In this document: positions 50,966-60,942 of the stretch, piece after piece | Position numbering within the stretch: the stretch's first letter is position 1 | Layout of the letters: every line of letters begins with the position of its first letter | Assembly (NCBI GenBank): GCA_040222015.1 | Contig: JAVJWO010000178.1 | Location: 80,390-144,389 of the forward strand | Length of the DNA stretch: 64,000 nt | Reading direction: 5' to 3' | DNA from: Coleofasciculus chthonoplastes F2-STO-03 | Lineage (GTDB): Bacteria > Cyanobacteriota > Cyanobacteriia > Cyanobacteriales > Coleofasciculaceae | Notes under the pieces: generated by a model | Databases searched by the model: none | What the model was told of the DNA's origin: nothing | Seen by the model: the letters and a program-made list of their open reading frames with translations, nothing else | Made by a program: the position numbers and the translations under genes

Positions 50966-51340
50966 ATGAAATTTCACTTGCATAGGGCTTGGGTTACCAT
51001 TGCGGCTACGAATATCGAGCCACTGGTTGAATTTTATAGTCAATTACTCGCTGAATCTCCCCATTGCCATAGTCCCAACAGCTATGCTGAGTTTCAGCTA
51101 CCTGGATTGCGACTCGGATTATTTAAGCCTAGGGATAATCATCGACAGGAATTTGAGCAGTCTGAGCAAAGTGGGTTGAGTTTGTGTTTAGACGTGGATG
51201 ACTTAGACGCCGCGATCGCACAGTTGAGCAACATGGGATATCCGCCACCGGGCGAAATCATCGTCGCGTCCCATGGGCGGGAAATCTACGCTTACGACCC
51301 CAACGGCAATCGTTTAATTTTACACCAACCGCAGCGTTAA
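50966..51340 (+). CDS. VOC/glyoxalase family protein
   Basis: FYSQLL, VDDLDAA, YDPNGNRL. Confidence 0.88.
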   Translation: MKFHLHRAWVTIAATNIEPLVEFYSQLLAESPHCHSPNSYAEFQLPGLRLGLFKPRDNHRQEFEQSEQSGLSLCLDVDDLDAAIAQLSNMGYPPPGEIIVASHGREIYAYDPNGNRLILHQPQR

Positions 51341-51657
51341 CTGATTGCTACGTCATAAGCAACATTGGCAAAGGCATAGACGCTATAGAGAAGCAAAACC
51401 GTAATCGCGACAACCATAACCAAACGCGGACGCGGTGACGGGACAAATGCTTCCCTCACCCACATGGATGCGGCTGCACCAATCGCGAAGCTAGAACTGA
51501 GGACAAGGTATTGCCAGTCCGGTTGAAAGACCCAATTTAACCCCAAAGCCAGGGTTAACAATACCATCAAATGTTCGATCGACTCCGGTGGATTTTGCTG
51601 CGTGGAAAGCACCAAGGTGCGCCAACAGAATTGCAAATGTCTCATGAAAAAATTCAT
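51337..51657 (-). CDS. Hypothetical membrane protein
   Basis: Three hydrophobic segments. Confidence 0.65.
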   Translation of the reverse strand: MNFFMRHLQFCWRTLVLSTQQNPPESIEHLMVLLTLALGLNWVFQPDWQYLVLSSSFAIGAAASMWVREAFVPSPRPRLVMVVAITVLLLYSVYAFANVAYDVAIS

Positions 51658-51691
51658 CAGCTAGAACTATTGATTAAGATAAGGAATTGGG

Positions 51692-52378
51692 CTACTGTTG
51701 GTAGGGAAGATGATTGTAGTCTTTTAGATAAGCCAGCGCCTCATCTGTGTTGACCTGCGGAAATTCCCCGTAGAAACGGCTGACACTGAGAAAGTCATCC
51801 GGTGTTTCCAGGATAACTAAGCGATCGCAAAAACCACCGAGACATTTGATTAGTCCAGCTGGGGCGACGGGTGTACAAATCCAGATCTGGTGAGGATGAT
51901 GCTCTTTCAACGCTTGAGTCGCCGCGATTATAGTCATCCCCGTAGCAATTCCATCATCAACCAAAAGGGCTAATTTGCCTTGGGGATTAGCCTGAGGACA
52001 ACCTTGGGTAAATTCGGCAAGTTGAGCTTGAGCTTTATCTTGAGCATGACGCAGGGCGGTTTCTCGCAGATTCGCCTTCAGTCGCCTCCATAGTCGTTGT
52101 TGCGCCCACAACACTTGTCCGTCTGAGGTGACAGCACCAATGGCTAATTCCGGATTTTGGGGAGTGGTAATTTTTTTAGCCACCACGATATCCAGAGGAC
52201 AATTTAACCGATGAGCAACCGGTACGGCGACAGGAATACCACCACGGGGGAGTGCATACACCACCGGTGATACAGTCTCACCCGTCGTCATTTCCAGTTC
52301 CGTAATTTGGGTGAGCAGAACTTGAGCTAGTTTCTCACCGGCATGAGCGCGATCGCTAAATAGCGGAGCCGATGACAT
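51692..52378 (-). CDS. Phosphoribosyltransferase
   Basis: ALPRGG and LVDDGIATG PRPP-binding motif. Confidence 0.92.
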   Translation of the reverse strand: MSSAPLFSDRAHAGEKLAQVLLTQITELEMTTGETVSPVVYALPRGGIPVAVPVAHRLNCPLDIVVAKKITTPQNPELAIGAVTSDGQVLWAQQRLWRRLKANLRETALRHAQDKAQAQLAEFTQGCPQANPQGKLALLVDDGIATGMTIIAATQALKEHHPHQIWICTPVAPAGLIKCLGGFCDRLVILETPDDFLSVSRFYGEFPQVNTDEALAYLKDYNHLPYQQ

Positions 52379-52698
52379 AGGTTCCTCCAGCTTTTAACGG
52401 GGCTGCCCTTATCATGCCTGATTTTTATCATGCTTTTAGATCAATCAAGCATGATTCTTAACATCAATTGCCTCCACCCTGGATATACCGTAGGGTGGGT
52501 CCTTGCGAAGTCGAAACCCACCAGCATACCAGTCAGTACCATTCTTCTTAACATAAGTTATATCCTACCGTTATTGTTTTTCAAGTACCTTTGTGATAAA
52601 ATATCACTCATTTAAATTGGGAATGGGTAGCGAGCAAGATGCTCACACTACAAGGATTTCGCTATCCTGGACATTAAGATTTAAATGCCGAACAGCTT

Positions 52699-52826
52699 AC
52701 CTGGGACGAAGAACGCGATCGCATGATTGAGGAGTACGGTGAAGCCTTTGCTGATGAACACCGTTTTACGATTCCGCCGGGTAACCGATGGATGAGGTGG
52801 TTGAAATGTTAGATCAGATCATTTAA
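52699..52826 (+). pseudogene. hsdM: Type I R-M methyltransferase remnant
   Basis: TWDEERDRMIEEYGEAFADEHRFTIPPGNRW resembles the HsdM N-terminal domain; joined out of frame to MDEVVEMLDQII-stop. Confidence 0.65.
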
Positions 52827-52827
52827 C

Positions 52828-52861
52828 TTGAAAAAGTTTACCAAATTGGTAAACTTATAAT
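52828..52861 (+). promoter_or_regulatory. TA operon promoter with perfect palindromic operator
   Basis: AAGTTTACCAA-A-TTGGTAAACTT (52834-52856) between TTGAAA and TATAAT. Confidence 0.75.
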
Positions 52862-52873
52862 AGAGAAGTCAAT

Positions 52874-53239
52874 ATGGATGTAAATTTTGCCGATGAGAAA
52901 ATTAAAAAACTCTGCGAACAATCATCCTTAGCTCAAAAGAAGCTGGGAGCGAAAGCAGCACGGAAGCTCAAAAGACGATTAGCTGATTTACTCGCAGCTC
53001 GATGTGTTGTTGAGTTGGTTGCCGGACGACCTCATCCTGTGCAGCCTCATAAACTCGGCAAACGCTTTTATCAAAAATTTTCTGATGTTGAAGAACTCTT
53101 TGCCCTTGACCTTGATGGTGGTGTTCGTTTAGTCTTCCAAGCTAATGTTGAACCACTCCCTTTGAAGGAAGACATAAGCCTGGATTGGGCAAAGGTTTCT
53201 CAGGTTTGTATTGTATTTATAGGGGATTATCATGACTAA
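52874..53239 (+). CDS. higB: HigB/RelE-family toxin
   Basis: AQKKLG...KLKRRLADL...GRPH...LDLDGGVRLVF...IGDYHD. Confidence 0.85.
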   Translation: MDVNFADEKIKKLCEQSSLAQKKLGAKAARKLKRRLADLLAARCVVELVAGRPHPVQPHKLGKRFYQKFSDVEELFALDLDGGVRLVFQANVEPLPLKEDISLDWAKVSQVCIVFIGDYHD

Positions 53240-54494
53240 TTGCACTCATCCCTTCAATCCCGATTGGATATCTCCCCCAGGAGAAACAATTGCTGATTTG
53301 CTGGAAGAACTAGACTGGACGCAAGCGCAGTTAGCAAAGCGTTTGGGCTATACCACCAAGCACGTTAGTCAGCTTGTCAATGGGAAAGCACCAATCACTG
53401 AAGACACAGCCTTGAAGCTGGCGCGGGTGTTAGGTAGTACGGAGGAGTTTTGGCTAGAACGCGAAGCTCAATATCGTGCTGCTTTAGCGAAAGTTGAAGA
53501 AACCGAATGTCTTGAAAACTGGGTTGATTGGCTTGATGAAATTCCTGTAAAGGCATTGCAAAAAGCCCGCAAAATTACCGACTGTCGTTTGGATGCAAAA
53601 AACAAGCTTGGGATTGTGAGAGAGTTGCTTGAGTTTTTTGGAGTGGCTTCTCCTGATGAATGGCGAGCTTGTTATGCCCAACTTGAGGGGCAGTTCCGAC
53701 GTTCTTATACTGGACAGGATAATACGAATGTAATTACGACTTGGATGCGCCTGGGTGAACTTGAAGTTGAGAAGCAAAGCTGTCCCCGTTTCAACCGGAT
53801 CAAGTTTGAGAAGGCGATTCAGGAAATTCGGACACTCACGGTGCTACCACCGGAAGACTCCATACCCCGTCTGCGACAGCTTTGTTTGGAAGCAGGGGTG
53901 TTGTGGGTATTAGTCCCAAAAATCCCAGGCGCACGGGTGAGTGGGTTAGCACGGTGGTTAAATCGCCATCGACCTCTGATTCAGATGTCTCTCTATGGCA
54001 AGTATAATGACCGCTTCTGGTTTACGTTTTTCCATGAAGCTGCTCATATTCTCCTGCATGAAAAGGAAAATAAGGATGTTGTTTTCTTAGATGACTGGGA
54101 GCAGGGAGAAAAAATAGAGTCAGACCAAGAAAATGAAGCCAATGAACAGGCGCGAGATTGGTTGATTCCTCCTGAATATGAAGCGGAACTCTATTCTCTT
54201 CGGTCTGAGGAAGAAGTCACCACTTTTGCCGAGAAGATAGGGATTCATCCTGGGATTGTTGTTGGTCGTTTACAGTATGAAGGAAATTTCCCTTGGGGCT
54301 GGATGAATGGTTTAAAGGAGAGAATGACGATGGATGTAATTGAGAAAATATCTCAACCGACTGACAAAGCAGAACAAGAGGATGAGCAGAGTGCTTATAA
54401 TTTAGCGGTAAAGCTAGGAGTTATTGGTGCTGCCAAAAATCTACCGCCTGACCTCAGCAGTAACAAAGAGTATATGAGTGGGTTTGGGGGTTAA
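53232..54494 (+). CDS. higA: HigA-type HTH antitoxin fused to ImmA/IrrE metallopeptidase, with extra C-terminal antitoxin-like tail
   Basis: PPGETIADLL...HTH; FWFTFFHEAAH (HExxH); tail LGVIGAAKNLPPDLSSNKEYMSGFG. Confidence 0.85.
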   Translation: MTNCTHPFNPDWISPPGETIADLLEELDWTQAQLAKRLGYTTKHVSQLVNGKAPITEDTALKLARVLGSTEEFWLEREAQYRAALAKVEETECLENWVDWLDEIPVKALQKARKITDCRLDAKNKLGIVRELLEFFGVASPDEWRACYAQLEGQFRRSYTGQDNTNVITTWMRLGELEVEKQSCPRFNRIKFEKAIQEIRTLTVLPPEDSIPRLRQLCLEAGVLWVLVPKIPGARVSGLARWLNRHRPLIQMSLYGKYNDRFWFTFFHEAAHILLHEKENKDVVFLDDWEQGEKIESDQENEANEQARDWLIPPEYEAELYSLRSEEEVTTFAEKIGIHPGIVVGRLQYEGNFPWGWMNGLKERMTMDVIEKISQPTDKAEQEDEQSAYNLAVKLGVIGAAKNLPPDLSSNKEYMSGFGG

Positions 54495-54934
54495 TGGGGA
54501 TTCGCGTGATTGCTGATACGGGGCCGTTGGTAGCGATTGTTTCTGAGCAGGACGACTATCATCAAGTTTGCGTAAAAGCCTTAGAGAATATCAATTTTCC
54601 CCTATTTACTTGCTGGTCAGTTGTAACGGAAGCACAGTTTCGCTTGAAACAGGATAGGGAGGCGGTGAAAAAGTTATTCGAGATGGTTGAAGGAGGTCTT
54701 GTAGAGATAGTGGATTTACCCGAAGACGCTGTAACTTGGCTGAAGGATTTCCTTTATAGGTACTACGTTAGTAATCCTCACAGCCGGAGACAAGTAGAGC
54801 TTGCTGATTCGTCTGTTTGTTATTTGGCTGAGTCGATGGGAATTGATACTGTTTTTACGATAGACAGAGAAGATTTTGCTATCTATCGAATCAATAAGAA
54901 TCAGTCTCTAAATATTATTCCTGGATTCAATTAA
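54494..54934 (+). CDS. vapC: VapC/PIN domain toxin
   Basis: ADTG, TEA, LADS, TIDREDF acidic residues; TAATG coupling to the upstream gene. Confidence 0.88.
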   Translation: MGIRVIADTGPLVAIVSEQDDYHQVCVKALENINFPLFTCWSVVTEAQFRLKQDREAVKKLFEMVEGGLVEIVDLPEDAVTWLKDFLYRYYVSNPHSRRQVELADSSVCYLAESMGIDTVFTIDREDFAIYRINKNQSLNIIPGFN

Positions 54935-54938
54935 AGAT

Positions 54939-55172
54939 ATGAAGCCACAACCTAATTCTAATGCGAAAGAACCTGTAAACTCTGAGATAGAAGATTATGA
55001 ACATTTGTTGCAATATATTGCTGAAACTAAGAACACAGAATGTAGAAGACCTTTACAAGAGTTTCGTGGGATTGCACCCAATTTATTAGAAGGTCAAGAT
55101 GCTCAGGAATGGGTTAGTCAGATGCGGGATGAATGGGAGGAGCGCGATCGCGCCTGGAGGAAGTCAGAGTGA
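54939..55172 (+). CDS. Putative VapB-type antitoxin
   Basis: FRGIAPNLLEGQDAQEWVSQMRDEW motif typical of antitoxins upstream of PIN genes. Confidence 0.65.
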   Translation: MKPQPNSNAKEPVNSEIEDYEHLLQYIAETKNTECRRPLQEFRGIAPNLLEGQDAQEWVSQMRDEWEERDRAWRKSE

Positions 55173-55273
55173 CTTTAGATGAGGCTTTGTTAACCAATGA
55201 TGACCAATTCCGACGGGTTTCTGAGTTAAAGGTGTTGATGGTTGAGGATTTTGTGGAAGGGGATGTTTCCTAA
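55169..55273 (+). pseudogene. Internally deleted PIN toxin
   Basis: GTG start overlapping the upstream stop; MTLDEAL joined directly to PIN C-terminal LTNDDQFRRVSELKVLMVEDF. Confidence 0.65.
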
Positions 55274-55485
55274 TGGCTGAGGAGAAGAAGTTAAAATCTG
55301 GGTGGAAATGGGTTAAGTTTGGTGATGTGGTTCGCCTGAGTAAAGAACGCAGTAAAGACCCTGAAGCAGACGGTATTGATCGTTATATTAGACTTGAACA
55401 TATTGACCCCGATGATTTAAAGATTCGCCGTTGGGGATTGGTTTGTGAGGGAATCACCTGTTGCACCGCCTCACCGCCTCGATAG
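55273..55485 (+). pseudogene. hsdS: Type I R-M specificity subunit, N-terminal fragment
   Basis: GWKWVKFGDVV...RYIRLEHIDP..LKIRRWG, then truncated. Confidence 0.8.
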
Positions 55486-55534
55486 AATGAAAAGCAAAGA
55501 AACATGAATAAACGTAAGGAGTCTGTAATCAGCT

Positions 55535-55966
55535 ATGCGAATGCTACATACAATGCTGCGCGTCGGTGACTTAGATGAGTCACTCAAATTCTACTGTGAT
55601 GTGCTAGGCATGAAGTTACTGCGGAAAAAAGACTATCCCGGCGGGAAATTCACCTTAGCGTTTGTCGGCTATGGCGATGAATCTGACCATACCGTGTTAG
55701 AACTAACCTACAACTGGGGTGTTGACCAATACGAGTTGGGTGATGCCTATGGTCACATTGCGATTGGCGTTGATGATATTTACGGCACCTGTGAACAAAT
55801 CAAGGAACGGGGTGGTAAAGTTGTGCGGGAACCTGGTCCAATGAAACATGGTTCCACCGTCATCGCTTTTGTCCAAGACCCGACTGGTTATAAGATTGAG
55901 CTGATACAATTGGGAACTCAAAGCTCAGCCAAACCTCAAGAAAAAGCCGCAGCCGCTAGTCACTAA
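55535..55966 (+). CDS. gloA: Lactoylglutathione lyase (glyoxalase I)
   Basis: [36 protein letters not shown]. Confidence 0.97.
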   Translation: MRMLHTMLRVGDLDESLKFYCDVLGMKLLRKKDYPGGKFTLAFVGYGDESDHTVLELTYNWGVDQYELGDAYGHIAIGVDDIYGTCEQIKERGGKVVREPGPMKHGSTVIAFVQDPTGYKIELIQLGTQSSAKPQEKAAAASH

Positions 55967-56126
55967 ATAAATGACTTTAGCATCTGGGGAAGAGGGGGAA
56001 ATTTTGATTGTGTAGGGGCGGGTTTATGGGCTTTCATTTCGCGATTTGAATGATAACCTGACATCAAACCCGCCCCGATGTAGAGACGTAGCATGCTACG
56101 TCTCTACATTCCCTGTTCCCTGTTCC

Positions 56127-57317
56127 CTACAAATTCTGGGACAATTGAGCGATAATCTGATCCTGCTTCCCCATAACCCATTGGGCAAAGCGTTGGGCTA
56201 ACGGTGGCACATATACCAGAGGATTGGTAAATCCAGAGAAAATATAGACACCCTCTACGCCCTCAATTGCTCCCACCACAGGTAAATTATTACCACCAAA
56301 CGCCACTAAACAGTGATGCCAAGTTCCCGGTAGGCTAGCTAAAGCAGGTAGGACATTCCCCACCTGAGTGCGAATGGCAGACTCACTCGCGGCTGAGTTT
56401 ATGGCGGCGAAGGGTTGAGTCAGAACACGACTAATTTGACCCATCCGTAAACTGCCATCTAGAAACTGAATCGCCCCGGCGTCTAGAATTGGTGGCACGG
56501 GTTCGTAACCCGGCTTATCCCACAAAGGTTCTACCTCCGCAGCGCTGGCTTGAGCTTCAAGTTGAAAGCGTTGGGTGTTTGCGGGCATGACTAATGTTCG
56601 CAATTTCAGGTCAACTGGTGGCGTTTCAATCATCTCCGCGTGGGTGAAGTATACGTGAACCTGAATACCCGCCGCTTTGAGCAAGGCGCGGCTGAATCCA
56701 CCAGCACAAATAACCGTATTGGCAGCATGATAGGTTTGATTATCCGAGGTTTTCACCCCCTGCACCCTATCCCCCTGGCGCAGGAGTTCCACCACTTGAG
56801 CCATCTGCTGTTCACCCCCAGCACGACAAAAGGCTTGGCGATAGCCTTGGGTAAGGTGTTCCGGATGAATATGACCATGACGAACGGTAAGAACGCCCGC
56901 GATCGCATTAGGATTGAGTAGGGGTTCTAACTCACAAGCGTCCTCGACGGAGAGTAATTGGGGGGGAATGGCAAAATGCTTATAAGCCGTCGCCATTGTT
57001 TCTGGGTTTTGGTCTGTAGAAATTGTCAGGACTAAATCCAATTCCCGAAACTGGGTATCATGGTCTAATTCTGCTGATAAATGCCTGTGGCGTTCAATTC
57101 CCTCAGTGCACAACACTCTAGTTAGGTCAGATGTCCCTGACCAATAGGCTAGACTCCCATAACTGTAGCGAGTCGCGCCTTGAATGGCTGTATCTGAATC
57201 AACTAAAAGAACCCTTAACCCTACTTGGGCAAGTTCATAGGCGAGTGACGCCCCAGTAATACCCCCACCAACAACAATCCAATCGTAGGTTTTCATGATG
57301 TTTTGCTCATGGTTCAC
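56127..57317 (-). CDS. FAD-dependent oxidoreductase (DAO family)
   Basis: IVVGGGITG motif; start likely MKTYD. Confidence 0.88.
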   Translation of the reverse strand: MNHEQNIMKTYDWIVVGGGITGASLAYELAQVGLRVLLVDSDTAIQGATRYSYGSLAYWSGTSDLTRVLCTEGIERHRHLSAELDHDTQFRELDLVLTISTDQNPETMATAYKHFAIPPQLLSVEDACELEPLLNPNAIAGVLTVRHGHIHPEHLTQGYRQAFCRAGGEQQMAQVVELLRQGDRVQGVKTSDNQTYHAANTVICAGGFSRALLKAAGIQVHVYFTHAEMIETPPVDLKLRTLVMPANTQRFQLEAQASAAEVEPLWDKPGYEPVPPILDAGAIQFLDGSLRMGQISRVLTQPFAAINSAASESAIRTQVGNVLPALASLPGTWHHCLVAFGGNNLPVVGAIEGVEGVYIFSGFTNPLVYVPPLAQRFAQWVMGKQDQIIAQLSQNL

Positions 57318-57393
57318 TCTTCCATTTTTATCGGAATTAACCTCTTAGCTAAGGTAATCTGTAACGACGGATGGCTGCATGATTGTCCAGATA

Positions 57394-57496
57394 TAGCAAT
57401 AGACACATCGATTAGGACGTTCGGCATCATTGTAGAGACGCGCCATGGCGCGTCTGGAACATAAATGATGTGTCCTAACAGCCATGGCGGTTGCTA
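57394..57496. mobile_element. TA-flanked MITE (same family as 19235-19334)
   Basis: TAGCAATAGACACATCGATTAGGAC...GTCCTAACAGCCATGGCGGTTGCTA. Confidence 0.8.
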
Positions 57497-57538
57497 TATA
57501 TCGATACAGTGGGTACAGTAAGACTTCTCGTTTAGTTT

Positions 57539-58720
57539 ATGCTTAGTCGAATCAAAGACATTGCCCAAAACCTTGCACCGCGTCTGATTGAAATTCGCCG
57601 CCATATCCATGGTCATCCGGAATTGAGCGGTCAGGAATACCAAACGGCGGCTTATGTCGCGGGTGTTCTGTCGTCCTGTGGCATTGTTGTCCAAGAAGGG
57701 ATTGGCAAAACTGGCGTGATTGGGGAGTTAGTCGGGGGAACGGATGAACGCTTAGTGGCGATTCGCACGGATATGGATGCGTTACCGATTACCGAAGCCG
57801 CCCCTCTCGAATTTGCCTCCCGGAAGATGGGGATAATGCACGCCTGTGGTCATGATGTTCACACCACCGTTGGTTTAGGTACGGCGATGGTGTTGTCCGG
57901 ATTGGGCGAACAATTACCGGGAAATGTGCGCTTCTTGTTTCAACCGGCTGAAGAAATTGCCCAAGGTGCGAACTGGATGGTGCAGGATGGGGCGATGAAT
58001 GATGTCAGTGCCATTTTTGGGGTTCATGTGTTTCCATCGATTCCAGGGGGTTCCATTGGTGTCCGGTATGGCGCACTCACGGCGGCGGCGGATGATTTGG
58101 AAATTTTTATCACGGGGGAATCGGGTCATGGTGCCCGTCCCCATGAAGCGGTGGATGCGATTTGGATTGCGGCTCAGGTGATTACCACTCTACAACAAGC
58201 CATCAGCCGCACTCAGAATCCTTTACGTCCGATGGTCTTGACAATTGGACAGATTAATGGTGGACGCGCCCCGAATGTGATCGCGGATCAAGTCCACTTA
58301 GCCGGAACCGTGCGATCGCTCCACCCCGAAACTCACGCGAATCTGCCAGAATGGATTGAGTCGATTGTGGCAAATGTCTGCCAGATGTATGGCGCTCGCT
58401 ATGAGGTGAGTTATCGCCGGGGTGTGCCTTCGGTGCAAAATGATTTAGCTTTAACTCAACTTTTAGAAGGATGTGCCAAGGAAGCTTGGGGAAGTGATCA
58501 CGTGCAAATTTTACCCGAATCCTCTATGGGAGCAGAAGATTTTTCCATGTATCTTGAACATGCTCCGGGTACAATGTTCCGTCTCGGTGTCGGATTTAAG
58601 GATAAACCCAATCATCCGTTACATCACCCCCAATTTGAAGTGAATGAATCGGCGATTATTACAGGTGTGGTGACGCTGGCTTATTCTGTCTATCAATATT
58701 GGCAACAGTCTGTTTTGTAG
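57539..58720 (+). CDS. M20 family amidohydrolase
   Basis: RTDMDALP, MHACGHD, FQPAEE, GAEDF. Confidence 0.93.
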   Translation: MLSRIKDIAQNLAPRLIEIRRHIHGHPELSGQEYQTAAYVAGVLSSCGIVVQEGIGKTGVIGELVGGTDERLVAIRTDMDALPITEAAPLEFASRKMGIMHACGHDVHTTVGLGTAMVLSGLGEQLPGNVRFLFQPAEEIAQGANWMVQDGAMNDVSAIFGVHVFPSIPGGSIGVRYGALTAAADDLEIFITGESGHGARPHEAVDAIWIAAQVITTLQQAISRTQNPLRPMVLTIGQINGGRAPNVIADQVHLAGTVRSLHPETHANLPEWIESIVANVCQMYGARYEVSYRRGVPSVQNDLALTQLLEGCAKEAWGSDHVQILPESSMGAEDFSMYLEHAPGTMFRLGVGFKDKPNHPLHHPQFEVNESAIITGVVTLAYSVYQYWQQSVL

Positions 58721-58746
58721 ATAAGGGAGTTTTAAGTTTTGCCGGT

Positions 58747-58892
58747 TGTAGGGGCGGGTTTGACTATTACCGTTTATTGTTGCTCCAGATGCGACTAAAC
58801 CCGCCCCATCCCAGTGGCATAATTTATCGGTTGTAGGGGCGGGTTTTACAATTATCGTTTATTGTTCACCCAGATGCGACTCAACCCGCCCT
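58747..58892. repeat. Two tandem GTAGGGGCGGGTTT...AACCCGCCC REP doublets
   Basis: Near-duplicate units; same family at 56012-56076. Confidence 0.85.
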
Positions 58893-58921
58893 GACCAAGT
58901 AGGAGAATAGAGAATAAGATT

Positions 58922-59560
58922 ATGAGTTTAACTTGTCAACAGCTTCTGCAAAAGCACAATCATGTCTGGCACAATGCCACCATACATCCATTTCTCAAAC
59001 AGTGTAAATTAGGCACGATTAAACCTGAACAATTTAACACCTGGCTGGTGCAAGATTATTTATTTGTGCTAGAATTCACCCGCCTAATCGGACAAGTCTT
59101 AGCCGCCGCCCCTACCGCCCATTTTGATACTCTCCTGAGTGGAGCAAGTGCGATCAAAGATGAACTAACTTGGTTTCGAGAAAAGGCGACAGAGCGATCG
59201 CTAAATCTGAATACTCAGAAACAACCCGCCTGTAACCAATACTGTCACTTCATGCAAACGCTTTGGGATATGCCTTATCCGGTTCAAGCCACTGCGTTTT
59301 GGGCGATTGAATTGGCATATAATCAAGGCTGGCAATTGCCAGGTCAGATGAGTGGGTCTTACAATGAATTTGCACAACGCTGGGGAAATCCTGGATTTAC
59401 TGAGTATGTCGCTTTGTTGGAAAACCAAGCGAATCAGGTATTATCAGAGGGGTCAGAATCCATTCAACAGCAAGCCGAGTCTGCCTTTTTGCAAGTTGCT
59501 CAATTAGAAGCAGAGTTTTGGCAAATGGCGTTTAATGCTGAAACGGATCGTACCGAATAA
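58922..59560 (+). CDS. tenA: TenA/Thi-4 family protein
   Basis: HPFL, WLVQDYLF, LEAEFWQMA. Confidence 0.85.
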   Translation: MSLTCQQLLQKHNHVWHNATIHPFLKQCKLGTIKPEQFNTWLVQDYLFVLEFTRLIGQVLAAAPTAHFDTLLSGASAIKDELTWFREKATERSLNLNTQKQPACNQYCHFMQTLWDMPYPVQATAFWAIELAYNQGWQLPGQMSGSYNEFAQRWGNPGFTEYVALLENQANQVLSEGSESIQQQAESAFLQVAQLEAEFWQMAFNAETDRTE

Positions 59561-59619
59561 TGTGAACATTCCCCAGTTTCACTGAACCCTAACAACATAT
59601 CACACGCAAGGAAAAAACT

Positions 59620-60039
59620 ATGACCCGCGCCATTATGGAAACGGAAAAAGGTACAATTCATCTGGACTTATTCGACAAAGATGCTCCGAATACGGTGAAA
59701 AATTTTGTCGATCTCAGTGAAAAAGGATTCTATGATGGATTGACTTTTCATCGCGTTATTCCCAGTTTTATGATTCAAGGTGGCTGTCCTCTGGGAACGG
59801 GAAGGGGAGGTCCTGGTTATACGATTAACTGTGAAATTAACCCCAATAAGCATTTAGCTGGGTCGTTATCTATGGCACATGCGGGTCGCAATACTGGCGG
59901 AAGTCAATTTTTTATTTGCCACTCGCCTCAACCCCATTTAGATGGTGTTCATACTGTTTTTGGCAAGACAGAAGATATAAATGTGGTGAATGCGATTCAG
60001 AAAGGGGATAAAATTCTTTCGGTAAAGATTGAACAGTAA
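59620..60039 (+). CDS. Cyclophilin-type peptidyl-prolyl isomerase
   Basis: [34 protein letters not shown]. Confidence 0.96.
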   Translation: MTRAIMETEKGTIHLDLFDKDAPNTVKNFVDLSEKGFYDGLTFHRVIPSFMIQGGCPLGTGRGGPGYTINCEINPNKHLAGSLSMAHAGRNTGGSQFFICHSPQPHLDGVHTVFGKTEDINVVNAIQKGDKILSVKIEQ

Positions 60040-60363
60040 TTTTATCTGCTCATTAAATTAGAGGGCAAGACCGATTTAGAAAGGGGATTGATTGGGTGAA
60101 TTATGTATGATAGCATTTTCATCCTGATCATCCCCAATATCGTACAGATAGTCAAGTAGATGCGCTCACAAAAACAAGGCACTTCAACGAGCGATAATAG
60201 TTCCTGTGGCTATATCTTGGTCTAATGGAGGTCTAAAGAAAAGCAAAGAAAGGTTAAAACATGATAGTTTTTTTGGGCGCAAGCCTTGCGCCCCTACAGT
60301 GAAACACTGCAATAAATAATTGAAGGTTAAAATTTAATGCCTTCTACCTTTGGCGATATCAGC

Positions 60364-60750
60364 TTAACCTACGGTAACTTGATTTGTATCAACTGATTTT
60401 GCACCATTGACACCTTTAGCAACCTTGACCATCTTATCCAAAATAGCTTGATTCGGAACTTGACCTTTCAAAACTACAGTGGTACTCGTTTGGGCGACAT
60501 AAAGAGTATCGATGTCATCTAAATCCGGGTCTTCATCAAAAGCTAAAGCGACGCGCTTGGCTAAACCACTTTGGTCATATTCTCCATGTAATCCCTGGCG
60601 TTCTGGAGGAATGGTGGATTGTTGCGTGGTTGCTGGAGCTTGACTTGTTTTGGGGCGACTAGCTGCAGATGTAGGCGGCTGTTGTGTCGGAGGGTTTACC
60701 TTCGCTTCTTTGGGCTTGTCCATGCCAAATAATCGTTTTAACCAACCCAT
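60364..60750 (-). CDS. BON-like (phospholipid-binding) domain protein
   Basis: GEYDQSGLAKRVALAF...VVLKGQV...GVNGAKSV. Confidence 0.8.
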   Translation of the reverse strand: MGWLKRLFGMDKPKEAKVNPPTQQPPTSAASRPKTSQAPATTQQSTIPPERQGLHGEYDQSGLAKRVALAFDEDPDLDDIDTLYVAQTSTTVVLKGQVPNQAILDKMVKVAKGVNGAKSVDTNQVTVG

Positions 60751-60942
60751 AGTCTGTTGAACTCCTATTATATTTGCCTATTGAGCTAATCATTATCGGC
60801 TAAAGCTAGGCGTTCAAACATCTATCAATCGGGGTAGTTTGGTATTATTATGGCGTTCGCCATAATCTGTCACGCACTATTCCCCATTCCCCATTCCCGA
60901 AAATTATCAGATTTTTGGACAGGACTCAAATAGGAATGCTAT

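Noticed and set aside
58721..58921. TPP riboswitch upstream of tenA
   Set aside because: Region consists of REP doublets; no CTGAGA core
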